Positions 36,713 through 50,400 are shown, numbered from the stretch's first letter. The stretch: DNA of 64,000 bases from Thalia democratica (GCA_965202585.1 OZ241829.1:28334001-28398000); one strand, 5' to 3'. A program made the numbers and translations. Notes: a model not told the origin generated them from the letters alone.

Positions 36713-37551
36713 TGGCGGACCTGAAGCATGAGGTGATGTTTTAGTAAAACAAAACAATCAACTTAAAAGTAGTTTATTTAATAAAGAGTTATTGTTGGCA
36801 ATTTGTGGTTTGGCAGGGTACCTCTACACGTTAGATATTACAATGCAAGTCATATAGAGACACATATTGATTATTTTTGCTTCTTATTGACATTAGTTAG
36901 GTGATTGAATTTCAGTTTGTTATATTCATAATATAAACTTCCACTTTTGTGATCAATGCAAATGAGCGATAGTTTAAAGATTTCAAGTAATTATTCTTTG
37001 ATATCAAAACTTGTTTTGAGTTAAACTAAATTAATCTTTAAGGTTTCATAAATTTACACACTTTAGTCTGGTAATATGTTTCACAATACTCAGGACTTAT
37101 GTCAGTTTATTTTTCAATAGACTTTTACTCTAAGGAATTTTCAATTTGATAATTTTCATTACTCAGTTACACCTCACTGACACTTTGAGCTTAATTTGTG
37201 TTATTATTTGTGGAATTTATCAGAAATAAATATTAAAATTTTGAGTTAAAAAAGTTTTGAATAGCAAATATTAACTTTTAAAACGTTATGGTTAATTGCT
37301 AAAAACTTTAAAAAATAAGGATGTATTAAATATGTTGACTTATTACAATAAACTTGGTATGAAAATAATAAACAAGTAAAAACAAACAAATATTTATACA
37401 CTACTTCAAAAACATTTTAATGTTGTTACCCACAAAAACTGTGTTATTATTAGTAAGAAATGAAGTACCATATGATTTTAAATTACAATGAGCTTTTACA
37501 AGATATCAGAATAATTAAAATATTAACTTAAGTATTTTTTTTTGTATTTTG

Positions 37552-37933
37552 CAGGGTTGCCACTTGTTTTTCAAAAATTGTTTCAGGTTTTTCAAATTTC
37601 TTCCAGGTTTTTAAAAGTAGACATTTTTGGGTCTATTTTTAGTTTAAAGTTAAATTTAAGCTAAGAAACTGTGCTAAATAGTATAAAAAGATTGAATAGA
37701 TACTGTAAAGCTAATTAAAATGTGTTTTTAATAAAAAAATTTTTGGTAATGACTTAAATTTTTTATCTATATGATAAATTTTTTGAGTCAAACCAAAACT
37801 TTACTACTGAAGATGTTAAAGTTCTTAAAAATTCCAGGTTTTTTGATCAAAATTCCAGGTTTTTCCAGGTGTTTTTTGCCTAAATTGTCAAATTCCAAGT
37901 TTTTCCAGGATTCCAGGTAAAGTGGCAACCCTG
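37552..37933. mobile_element. MITE (TIR CAGGGTTGCCACT), copy 2
   Basis: 13-bp perfect TIR; exact 6-bp flanking duplication ATTTTG/ATTTTG; homologous to 17893-18248. Confidence 0.85.
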
Positions 37934-38569
37934 ATTTTGGGAGGCTCTAAAATTATTCAATTTTACAACTTACTGTTTATAAACTTTATATAACCTACCA
38001 TTCTAAACTAATGACCAATTTAACAACTCTCTTAATTTATTTTAATGACTTGAACATTGTAAGATCAAAACCCATGGCCAACACATAATTAAAAAAGAAA
38101 AGTTACTAGACTAGTAGGACTAAATTTTTTAAAATGATATCAATATATTTAAAAAAATAAAAAATTTAATCAAAACATTTATCAAATCATTCTATTAATG
38201 AGATTTTAAACATTATATCATACCTGTGTTAGATTTTGAATAAGACAACATGCTTTTTATTTGCTCTTATGAAGAGTTTCTGATTTCTGAAGGTCTATAA
38301 ATTTAAAATAGCTTCTGCAGATTTTACAATTGTTATGTTTGGAAAATTTGGGCTTTATAAGTTTTTTTTTTTGAGAGAGAAATGAGTAGAAAAAAGTAAT
38401 TATTAAAACTTAAAGACACATGAGACTAAACTACTTTTTGAGGTAAAACTAGTATTGAACTCTAGCATATATGGATGTAATATATACAGTAATTAGTTAT
38501 CAACAATTCTGTTAATCTTAATCAACGGTTATATACATCTAAAGTCTAAACATATATAGTTTTTTGAAC

Positions 38570-38685
38570 GACAAAAAAGACGCTCAAAGTGTTTGTCCCT
38601 TGAACCTAGTGAACGAAAAAACCTTTCGGTTATCGAGTCGCACACCACGGATACCTTTTAACGTCTTGTCCAGGACGACCTATTT
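38570..38685 (-). repeat. Dispersed repeat fragment, possibly SINE-derived; second decayed copy at ~50741-50810
   Basis: Shared TTGAACGACAAAAAA...AAAAACCTTT(C/A)(G/A)GTTATCGAG blocks. The minus strand has GTCCTGGACAAGAC, reminiscent of SINE bodies (inference). Confidence 0.4.
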
Positions 38686-38717
38686 TACTTAATCTAAAAA
38701 ATGCTATACTAGTGCTA

Positions 38718-39004
38718 ACTGTTCAAAATATAGATTTAATTGTTTGCTAACAAAAGATCCTAGTGAAGTAACTTCACTGGAATATAAATAAAAACAAATT
38801 ATACAGTAATCTTCCTTTATTCTATCAACATATGTTTCTGTGTGTCAACTAATCAACACACTTCAACTGGGTTGTTAATGGGAAAGATCTAAACTATTAA
38901 CATCTTTCCCATTAACAACCCAGTTGAAGTGTGTTGATTCGTTGACACACAGAAACATATGTTGGTAGAATAAAGGAAGATTACTGTATAATTTGTTTTT
39001 ATTT
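38718..39004. repeat. 287-bp insert with a 106-bp-arm hairpin, flanked by 13-bp direct repeats
   Basis: Arms 38783-38888 / 38902-39008 (2 substitutions, 1 indel) with a 13-nt loop; TATACTAGTGCTA at 38705-38717 and 39005-39017. Confidence 0.85.
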
Positions 39005-42000
39005 TATACTAGTGCTATAATTTTTTTTGGCATAACTATTTTTTTTCAGTTATCTGAAACTTTAGTTCCGATAATTTTTTTTTAAATAATTGGATAAAAA
39101 AAAAATAATTAAGACAAAACATTTTTAGAACATTGCATAACTTTTTGCCAATGTTTCCTTTTACTCAAAATTATTTTAAACTAGTTTTTAGTAAACTACA
39201 ATGTTTGCTTGTATCAAAATTCCACTGTTTGTTTAAATAGGAGTATTTTGTAACAGTTGAGACGAAAATAAGCTTATAAAGGTAACAGTTAACCTTATAA
39301 AGCTATTTAAATTGTTATACATAAAAGATTATTAATCTAATATTCTTTTTTGTATAGCAATTGATTCAGCCGAATAAGATTAATTGATGAAATATTATAA
39401 TTATATTTTTGTCTTAAATGTTTCAAAATATTGAGAATAAATCGTATATGTTAAGTATTAAGCTTTTTATTCTTTATTATTTTGAAACAGAATACAAAAC
39501 CTACTTAAAAATATATATTTACAATTATTAGTACAATAGACTAATTTGTAGACAATTCCAATAAAATGAATTATCGTAATTTAGATAAAATTATTGGTTA
39601 ATCTTAAGTTTTAAGTTTTACTCGGAAAACAAGCTTTATAATTATTGCTTTCCTACTTTTACCATGCTAGTTTTAACTTTAATGCATAAGCTATTTGATA
39701 AGGAATTAAAGTTTCTAAATTAGTGTTAAAACTAATGAAATAAAAAATTAGGTTACTATTGTAGCCGACCCTATCTTTTAAAGTTTTTTATTTAGCTGCT
39801 GTAACGCTTTATTTGTTTTATATTTTGGATCATTAAGCTATACCAGGGTTTTTGAAATTAGTTTTCAGGATCACCCACTTTGCATATATTTAAAAGAACA
39901 ATCACACCTCGTTATACGTTTCCATTTTACTCGTTGATAACAAACTTACTTTTTAGCTCCTCGCTATTTATTGCCCACTGATATCTTAAACCTCTCACTT
40001 TAAGTAACACTGTGCTAGACTTATTCCTGTACTGCAGCTAATAACAGTAGTAATGATTTATTTGTTCTATATGTGCCAACAGCTATTTTAAAATATACTT
40101 TCTTATTGCTTTCTAACGAACTTAGCATAAAAACTTTATGCAAGTATTTTAAAAATACGGCTTATATATAAGTAAAAAAAGAACTAATAAAATTTTGCAT
40201 AAATTATTATTCTAAAAAAAAAACTTTATGTTACTTAAAAAAAAACAACAAGATTTTGTTTTTGTTAACAACTTTTTGTTGATTTCGCAATCAAAATCTT
40301 TTGTTTGTCAAACTTTGTATTTTTGGTAAAAAGCAAACTGTGTGTATATATATATGCATTAAACAATGAACATTAAGCTTTTGTTAAAACAAACAAAACA
40401 CAGATTAACAAACTAGTGTTAAGCTAAACTACTTTGTTAATTTGTGTTTTGTTCTCTGGTTTAATATAATAGCTTTACAATACTGTTCTTATTTTTACAA
40501 ACCATTTTATGTACCATTAAAACAAAGAAGAAAAATTAAGAATAATGCATAACACAACTCATAGCTTCTGAACAAAAAAAAAAATTAATCTTTTTTGTTA
40601 TAATACTTAAAAAAATAAAGTACTACAATTGAGAAAATTAAAAATTTATCTAAATTGGTTTGTTTTAGATTATTTAAAGCTTTTACCAACTTAATTTTTA
40701 GATTAAACTGTTTTATAAAATTGAGTTAATAGTTGTGCTTAAGATTACCAGGAAAAACGAATTAATATTTTAAAACAATAAAAATCTAATCACGTATCTT
40801 TATGGTCTAAAATTAAATTCAAGTAGTTCAAAATATTCCAAAAATGCGTTTTTTTAATTATAGAAGTATAACATATAATGTACAAATCAAAATCATAGTT
40901 TTACTTGTTCGGACAAACATGTGTTCATTAAAAAATTATTAAGTATGACAAATTTAACTTTTAAACTTAAAGCTTTTACCTTTGAATAAGTTTATACACT
41001 ATTGTTTTCGAAACGTGTATCGTGAAATATCTCACAAAACAGTTACTTTTTTAACTTTTTTTTTTCAAATATACATTAGCTTTCAAAACTTAAACTAAAA
41101 CCTTTTAAAATATTTATAAATATTTTTCACCATCTATCAATATAACGTTTTGTTTACGGTAACTCATTATTTTTTAAATGTTTTACATTCTTAAACTGTA
41201 CAAATAATAAATAGTCGGTTGAAGCTTTGTGGTTTTAATGCCTATGTTTTTAGATTAAACTTCAAATGGATTATTTCTAAAGTTTTTAGTTTTTTAATAC
41301 TGTTTTAATTTAGATTACTTTACGTTTGATAAAGTTTTCTTAAACTTTTATCAAGTTTAGGCATTTTAACTAAATTAATCTGGTCGTAAATCTTTATAAT
41401 CGCTTTCATTACCTATTACGAAATAAAACTTGATAAAAATAAGAAATTTGATATCGAAACAAAAGGTTTTTGTATTTGCTTCAAAAACTAAATGTTTAAT
41501 GCAAATCGAGCTCTCTAAAAAGTACAAAGCGGTTTTTTAGATAAGATATACTAATAAATTAGATAATTTATCTTAAAACCTGATAACTTTTCAGTGAGCT
41601 TTCTTATATTTCTATGACTGCTAAAGTTCAAAATTTTTGTTTATCTTCAAACAATATAACTATAAAGTGTTTATTACATTAAACATACTTATCTAATCTA
41701 CAACATGTAAAATAAATTTTAATACTTCAAATATACAAGTAAAAATTGTTTTTAATTTTAAGTTTCTACAGCACAACATTGAAGGCAGCTTTTAGTAGCT
41801 TTTTAGTTGTTTTAGAGAAGTTTTAAGAATTAGTATAGATTTTAAGTAAATAAACTCGATTTAAATTATTTAATTAATAAGCGATAACATTTTTAACATT
41901 TTAAGATTCATCTTTTTATTGGAAAAGTTTTGCTTAATGTAAAAATTCCAACGGTTGTTTAAGTTCAACCAAAAATTGCAACAAACTCAAAAACCACCTA

Positions 42001-42589
42001 AAATTTGCATTTTGTTTTGTTCACTTTATTTTACTGCAATTTGTTATGTATACTCAATTTAATTGCCGTCAAACAATTACTATCGCACGAAGTTGACCTA
42101 TCGTGAGCTCGTTTTGTTCTCGGAAAACAGTCGTTACTGTGTGATCTTACGTGAGTCAAATGTTAAAAAGACAGTTTTAACTTTTAAAACTTAAAATCAA
42201 AATTTTAAAAGAATGAATTGACTTTGAATAGCTTTTTGCTGTTGCATGAACTAATTTCGAAGACAAAGCTCATTCGGGAAAATTATTCATTATGAAGCGC
42301 TACGTAGCCGTTTAAAATTTACGACAATTAATCATTATTTTATATAATTACTATAACAAAATAAGAAATAAAATAAGAAATTAAAAGAAGATACCTACAA
42401 CACTAAAAAAATATCATATAAACAGGTATATAACGTAAATGTATAAACTTTGATATAAGACTTCAGTTTATGATTTAAGTCACAGCTTTTTATATAAATA
42501 TAACTTTTATGCACTTTGATTGTTGAAAAACAAATAAAAAGATCTCAACTTCCAGAGGAGAAATAGTACATTTATTTTTTCAAACTTTA

Positions 42590-42631
42590 TTGTGCAAACT
42601 AAGTTTCGGTCAACGACCTCGTCAGTGTCAA
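42590..42631 (-). ncRNA. Degenerate type I hammerhead ribozyme (Penelope-like pLTR remnant)
   Basis: Minus strand TTGACA-CTGACGA-GGTC(GTT)GACC-GAA-ACTTAGT-T|TGCACAATAAA. Core and stem II intact, stem I interrupted, AATAAA immediately after. Confidence 0.6.
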
Positions 42632-43029
42632 AGACAAAAGTAATTGAAAAGATAAAAGTCTTGAAAGAAAAAAAATATAAATGCATTACTTGAGTTTTTA
42701 TCTAAAATATGAAGAAGTGAATTTCGACATAAAATAAATTTTGACTTTTATTTAAAAATAGTACTTTATGTTGGAGTATAACTCTTATTTTTGTTCGTTA
42801 TAACTTTTATCAAGCTGAGTTTTTAATCTTGACTGCTACTAAAACTGTTCATTGAAAACTTGAACTATGTTTTATGGTTAAAGCAACATTGTTTAGTTTA
42901 ACACCACTGCTCAAGTTTTGTTGACTCTTAATTTAGGGTTCAAAACGTTTAGTAAACTAGTTTTATGGTATTTTGATTTTTTAATAGGTCGCAGCTTATA
43001 CGCTTGGTAAAATGTTTTATATTTTTCAA

Positions 43030-45560
43030 AACATCAAGTTTTACATTCTTGCTTTTTGTTTATAAATTTCCATTCTAACTCCCTATCGTAAATTTGGTTT
43101 TATCAAACATCATATCGCCTCGTGTTTATGAAAATGGTGCATAATCATGATAATTTTGATAATTTTGATTAAACAATCTACAAACCATGTTCTGCACTGG
43201 TTGCACAACATTTGCCCAGGCAGAAAAATTAAATTGTTGATTACAGAAAATGAGTAAAATTTAATTGGTTTGTGCCATGTTTTTAATTGTAAATATCGAA
43301 AATCACACTGTTTTGTAAATTTGTAACAATGGTGTGATTGCTACTGTATGGTATAAAAAAGTGTTGAAAAACTGCTTTCTCAGTTGCTTAATTTTGTTTA
43401 CTGTAAGTAAGCTGTAACTGTTTGAAATTAAAAAATCGGTATCGAAAAAAAGTTATTATAAATGCAGTCATATAAATAACAACTATAGTTATGAAACTTT
43501 AAAGACCATAATGTTTGAAACCTTGTTTTACTATTTAAAGTACACCATTAAACACAAGTGCCAAAACCGAAAACCATAGATAATCTTTTTTATAAATGAT
43601 TTAACTTCAAAGAATAAAAAAAAAGGTCTTTTATTTTTTGAAAAGTTTTATTGACAAAGAGGTGTTGTTTGAAAAAACAAAAAGTACATTTGTTCTCCTT
43701 TTACAGAGTAGAGACCTCTTTTTGTTTTACAACAATAAAATATATAAGAAAAACATTTCCTTAGTTTTATATGACAAACTAATAATTCAAAAAATAAGTA
43801 CTTGTCAATTAAAATTAAATTATCATGTAATGTTTGTTGTTTGTTTGAATTGTTGAAATTTTATAAAAATAGCCTTAAAAACTAAAAAATTCTTTATCTA
43901 AAAAATTCAAAGTTTGTTATAATGTTATTAACAGTTATGTAAGTACGCAAAACATTATAAAAAAAAGTTTTAAAGTGGATAGTTTATATCTTACAAAAGT
44001 AAGTTAACAAACTTACAAAAAAACAGTATTATACACTTAAGTTAAATAGCCTTAATTTTTTTCGTCTTTTAATGTTTCATTGTTTGTATTTACAGAAATA
44101 TCAAAACATAAACATCCTGTATATTTAAATTTGTTAAGTAAGCAGTTAAATAAAACAGCAAAAAAACAGCTGTTTGTCTATAAAGGTTATAAATATACAT
44201 TTTCTGAAAAAATACTCCTTTTAAATAATAATAACAGCAAGTTGTTTTGCTTATATTAACTTTTAAACAAATTAAAAGTCAGTTTTATTTTGAAAAGCGT
44301 TATTTTTAACTCTTGTTTATTTTCGCATAAGCAATATTTAAAAGTTCAAAGTTGTAGCGACAAAAGCAAAATAAAACTTATAAGCTTGTCCTGTTTTAGG
44401 AGGAAAACAAATAGTTGAATTAATAAATATAAAAAAATTCAAACTAACTTAGATATTAAAAAAAAGTTCACTTATTGAATTTTGATATATCAAGTGTTCT
44501 TATTTTGTGTACGAAGCTTTACAAAAAAACTATTGATACTGGTATGTTAAACATAACATACATAATATGTTTTTCATACAATTCCAGTTAATACTTTCAA
44601 AAATGTTTTATTAAAGTATTAGGATTATGCAACTACTTCTAACAATTATGTACATAACATTTTTAACAAACAGGTTAATTTTTTATAATGTATATAAGAT
44701 ATTCTTATTAGCTTTGTGGCTCAATTATTTAGTGTTTTTACTTTCAAATGTAAAATTAACTCATATAACTTTTAGTTAGGTCAGTTAAATAATTACATAT
44801 TCAAAACTTTGTAGTTATAGATATAACTTTTAAAAACTTATACATGAAAATTTTATGCATATCAAAACAGTCTGCTCTTTAAAAACTGCTATAATTGTTT
44901 AGTTTTTCAGTTTTTACATTTAAGGTGTATAAAAATGCTTGTAAAATAATTTATAATAGAATACTCTTTTTAAGTTTAACACGTTTTATGATTTTCGGTG
45001 TCGGCTAATACTCTGTTGTAATATTCTAATTTGTTTGTATTTGCGAACAATAAATATAGTTTTAAATCAGTTGTACATGAAATACGTCCAAATAAGCGTG
45101 ATAACCTGTTTTACAAAGGCTTTCACTATCGATCTGAAGAAATATTGTTTATAATTTAAAATAAAAATGTCATTTTAAATAACTTTATAATAAAATTACT
45201 CAACAATGTGACTAAAAAAAGTAAAAAGTATTTAAGTTAAACGCTACAGCACCATAATAACAATTTTTAGTCTAGCTTTCTAGTTTGGATAAAAAACTTA
45301 AAAAAAAATCTATTATTTTTTTTTTAGTTTGACCGTGCATTGAACGGTTTTAAGGAGTTTTATCCGGGTTTTGTTTGACATAGTTGTTTTTTGTTTATAA
45401 ATTTCCATTCTAGCTCGTAATCGTAATTTTTTTTTAATATAAGTCCATACAAACTCATTTCAACAAAAACGGCTTATAATCTTGATAATTCCGGCTAAAA
45501 AATCCAACAAACTTTTAATTATTCGCCCAGGCAGAAAAAAAGATTATTACAGAGAATTAT
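43030..45560 (+). repeat. Two diverged copies of a ~200-bp dispersed repeat (~43030-43250 and ~45380-45560)
   Basis: Shared TTTTTGTTTATAAATTTCCATTCTA, ATAATC.TGATAATT and GCCCAGGCAGAAAAA blocks in the same order. Confidence 0.6.
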
Positions 45561-47144
45561 GTAATAGTTAGTTTTCTTCTTTTTTGAAATCATATAATAA
45601 AAACTGTCTACAAAAACTTTGTATGTTAATAAATTGCTATCTTTCGATATAAAAAGATAAGAACAGTATGATTAAAGTAAAGTGTTATAAGAAATGTAAA
45701 ATAACAAAAGTAGTAGTGAAAACTTATATTACTAATTTTTGTACATAAAACTTATCTCAGTACTTTAAAGATAACATTAAATGATTACGTCTAAAATTTA
45801 AAATACATAAATTTAATACATGATTTAGCTATGAGTACTTTTATAGAAATAACTTTTACATTTAAATATCACAAATTATTACAAACAACACAATGTTTCA
45901 CACTTATATCAAGTTATAGAAACTCATCTGTTGTTAAAATAAATTATATTCGAATAGAATAGTTTATAGCTCAATTTGATGTAAATTAGTTTTTGTAGAT
46001 TTGTTTATACCAAAAATATTTCGCTTAGTTTTAAATTACAAACAAACTCAATATTTTATTAAAAATTAAGAAACTGTAAAATTTCTATTTTTTTAAATTA
46101 AATTACGACTAATTATCATAAAAATTTTGTAATTTCGAAAATACAGATTTCTTTGTTTTTTAATAAAAAATTAAAACAACTTGATGATTAATCTCGAATT
46201 CAAAATTTTCGACCCGCGAAGTAAGTCAGCACAAACTTTTCATAACAATAAAAAAAAAGTTTTCACGTTAAAATTAAAACTAGGCTCTTAATTTAATAGT
46301 TAATCTTCACTGGTGCTTTTTTATTGCGTGTTTTATGGTACTTTCGGCTTATGATAGTATTTTTATACTGATTATTACAACTATTTTAGAATAGCTGCGG
46401 CCCTCGAAGGCTTTTTTCTATAAAGTGCGGCCCGCGAGCAGCTTTTTCCGAATAAATTAGCCCGCGACTTATAAAAGGCTACCGGTATCTTATTTAATAC
46501 TTGGTTTCAATTAAAAAAAGCTTTTGTGTACTTCTAAAATTTTCCTAATATGGAAAACATTCACCCCTTTTTAGCTTGTTTGAGAATTTTATTTAAGGTA
46601 AGCCAAAAGATAATTATTTTTTCAAATGGTTTCAAAATGCATTTTAGAAGGCTTATCACAAAAACTTATTTTTATATAGAACAATATGTTCTGTTTATTT
46701 TATAAACAATCAAACATCAATAGTCAATGGAAAACTTTTTTAGTACATATACTTAACTTACTTTTTTTGCTAAATTGGAATTGCTGTATTGTTAAAGAAG
46801 GTTCGAATGAACTGGTTTTGCTTTTATACAAAATAATTAATTCAAAAATTTACAGTTTAATTCAAGTTTTAAAAGAATTTGCGTCATAAACAAGTAAATT
46901 AATTTATTCAAAAATAGTTTACATACTTACTTAAATGGTGTAAAATCGTCATTTTTTGTTTGTAAAAGTCGTTTTTTTTTCTTCGTGTTTTAAATGTAAA
47001 TTTGGAATGGAACTTAGACGACTAATTTGAAAGTAAACAAGACTAAAGTAAGTAGTTTTCGGTTTAAATAGCTTCAAGTAAAAACGAACTTTTTTTTCTA
47101 AATATTAAAACTTTATTTTACAAAACAACGGTGCGAGAAAGCAG

Positions 47145-47151
47145 TATAAAA
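47145..47151 (+). promoter_or_regulatory. TATA box and probable non-coding first exon (donor after 47264) of the orphan gene
   Basis: TATAAAA at 47145-47151; CAG|GTAATA at 47264; the next acceptor TTTACAG abuts ATG 47455. Confidence 0.4.
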
Positions 47152-47454
47152 ACTACCTTTCCAGTTTAACATCTTGAAACTTAATGTTTCATTGGAAAAT
47201 CAAACAAAAGACAAACAATTAAAGTTTATTAACAATAATAGACTAGATACTTTACAACTTTCAGGTAATAGTTTATACTTAAAATTTGTTTTTTAATTAG
47301 TGTACTTTTTCGCTAAAAAGCAAGTTAATTTGCCTTTAGTGAGCATGGTTTCGGGCGCTTAAATGTCAAAAACTTCGTTTTAAACTTTAAAACTTTTTCT
47401 GTGACAAGAATAAGTTCTATTTATTAAATAAATTAAACAAATTTTTTTTTACAG

Positions 47455-50400
47455 ATGATAGGAACAGAGCACCTGCAAGAGATTTCTCGTCAACTGCAAA
47501 GTGTTTGTTTCTAGTTAAAACTACATAAAAGTCTATAAAACTTTGTAAAATAAACTTTTTTATAAAATCTTTATAAAAGAGTAATAGTAATTAATAATCT
47601 TTTCAAAACGTTCTGCATTCAGGATAAAACATTGGCGAATTTTTAAATGCATTTGTTTAAATTGATTAAAGTTTGAGTAGATTATTGTTTTTTTAAGTTT
47701 CAATCATAACATTGTTTTAGTACTAAAAAATATTGTAATGTAACTTTTTCAGACTTAGTGATTAAAAGCGCTTAATTTTTTTATAAAACTAGTTCAATTT
47801 TCTCAACAGTCGAATATATTCGAAGAGGTTGATCCTGAAAAGCTAAAAGTTGTCGTCAGATACCCAAAAGTAATAACTTCGATAAATTTATTTCAATATA
47901 TTTTATTTTTTTCATTCATTTTATTAAAATGAGCTCCGTTACAATTTTTATACTCATAATGATAGTTTTTTTACGCATTCTTAAACTAAGTTCAAAGTAC
48001 CTTTTTTATACATAACCTTATAAATAAATATAAAGAAAACCTGAATTCAGTATACTTTACAAATTTAGAAATACACGTAAAAACAAGATCTAATGTATAA
48101 AACAGACAAAAAAGTAGACAAAGCTTTGGTTTTTGTTTTCTCGTTTTACCAAAACTTGTAAAATATTAATTAAAGTCATTTTTTCAGAATCACAACGGTT
48201 TGGGAGATCCGCACGACATTTTAAATGAGGACCAACAATGGGAAAGGAAAAACTACAAAGTCGTTCTCTCGCAGGTCAGTAATAAAAGTTTTTAAATTTG
48301 GTTTTTATAGGTCAGTTTGAATTTTTTTTGGTCTTTACAATTAAATTGCTGTCAAATGTTCTATAAAATCTTTGATAACTTGCGAATAGTTCTCATTTAT
48401 AAAATAACAAGTATAATGCGAGCCTAACATGCTTATGAAAAGTTAGATTTTAAAAAAAATTATTTTGCTGTAATACTAAGTAATATATCTATTAACAAAA
48501 ACAAAGCTAGCTAGTCTTTAAAGACCTTTTACTTCAACAGGCACATTTTTACGTAGCTTTTTTAGTACAAGTCGAATTATATTTTTGCAAAAAAACCTAC
48601 TTAAGTTTTTAATATTGTATACAAGTTTATAATTTCTATATTATTGAGAAATTACTTATTTTTTAAGAACATTATTTTGATGGTTGAAAATTTATGCATA
48701 TATTTAAGTTTAAATTCAATTAAATTAAACAAAACAATACATAAACTAAAGACTTGCAAAAATTAAAGTAGCATTCTTGTCAAAATTATTTTACAAAGAT
48801 ATACATATTTTTTGTTACTCTTACGTTTTTAAAACGTTTTATTTTTGCTTTTTGTCTTTCTGGTAGAATGTTTAACATTTTTAAACTAGAATTGTGTTTA
48901 GTCTTCTAGCAAAGAAATACATAAAAATATAGCTACCTACTATGAGTTCAACAGTAATTAATTACACTATACAAGGCAAGTAACAAAAATATCAAGTCTT
49001 CTCAACTTTAACTTCTTTGAAAATAGCTTTACTAAATTGCTAGCGTATACAAGACAAAGTTTATATTTTTAATTTAAAAAAATAGACAAAGCTTTGGTTA
49101 TTGATATTTTTCAAGAGTAAATGTCTCTTTAACTTCTTTTTATCCGAAAACTAATTTCAGAGCAACCAGTTTTTTAACATTTTTTATCCGAATATTTTTT
49201 CAGATAAGCATTTTTTTTTAAAGCCATTTTTTAATTCGAATAATCATTTCAGAGAAATTTTTTTTCTAAACTTCATTTATCCAAATATTTTATTCCAGAG
49301 AAACTGCTCGCTGGAGGGCCGAAAGTCCTGCATTTCGATGAAGTCCCGGAGATCCGGATACTCGACGAGATCAAAGAAGTCCTGCCACTCCATGAGGTCC
49401 CGCTTCGATTCCAGCATTTCGATCGTTTCAAGGCAGAAGTGCTATAACGAGTTTGAGGAAGAATTGGTCGTTAGTTTGTTAAAATTTGTAAAACAAATTT
49501 GTAGCTTAAAAATAAGAAAATTTTAAGTTTAGCCTAGTTTTTCTGATTAACGTTTATTATTGAATATTAATAATAATTTAAAACTTTTAATATGAACTTT
49601 TATAGTTTTTTAAACATACTTTTCTTATATTTAATTTCAACTAATAGTACTTTCTAAATAAAATATTAACGATTTGTTTATAAACCTGTTATGAAAAATT
49701 TAGTTATTAGCTTTTGAGCTGTAAAACGTAAAGTTTTCATGAATCAACTACTTAAGGTATTAAAATTACTTTAGATATTAAGCCTCATGATTATATAAAT
49801 GGAAAGATCTTTTATCCAATTTTTACTGCAAGTAACTTTTCAGGATATAGTTTCCAGAAGTTTCAATTCTTTGTTCGGCGGTGTTAGCAATTTTTTCTAT
49901 TGTATTAAGGTTTGTTTGTTTTATGTGTGAAGTTTTGAGTAAATTATAATTAACTATGGACAAATAATAATTTTTGTAGGCTGAAAGCTGCTGCATTATT
50001 CATGACTTAAAGGTTAGCATTAAAAAAGATATTAGATCTTAAATGTAACTTACGTTATTAAGGTTTTTTGAATTGAAACTTATTTATAGACTCGTTAATT
50101 ACACTTTAAATACTGTGGTCAATATAAACTTCCTATATACATAAGCTCTTGTTAACATGTAGGTGTTTAGTATAAAAAGAAATTACACATTTACTGCTAT
50201 TATAAAGGCTATAAACCAGGGTTTCCCAAAGTGGGTCAAGTGACCCTCTTGGGGGCCATGACATATACTCAGGGGGCCATTAGCAGCAAAGGGGTAAGAA
50301 GGGGGGGGGGCATGAGCAGTGAAGGAGTCACAGGGGGCCATGAGGTCATAATCTGAAACTTACACTAGATATTCTTGAGTTGCAGATGAAGAGCAAAAAC

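Noticed and set aside
36720-42300. Metal-response-element (TGCRCNC) cluster or defined first exon for the ZIP gene
   Set aside because: No cluster was noticed by eye (the search was not exhaustive), and the upstream non-coding exon could not be placed.
46200-46490. GCGGCCCGCG-containing patch as an intact hAT MITE (similar trace at ~2165-2190)
   Set aside because: The motif is suggestive, but TIRs and a TSD could not be delimited.
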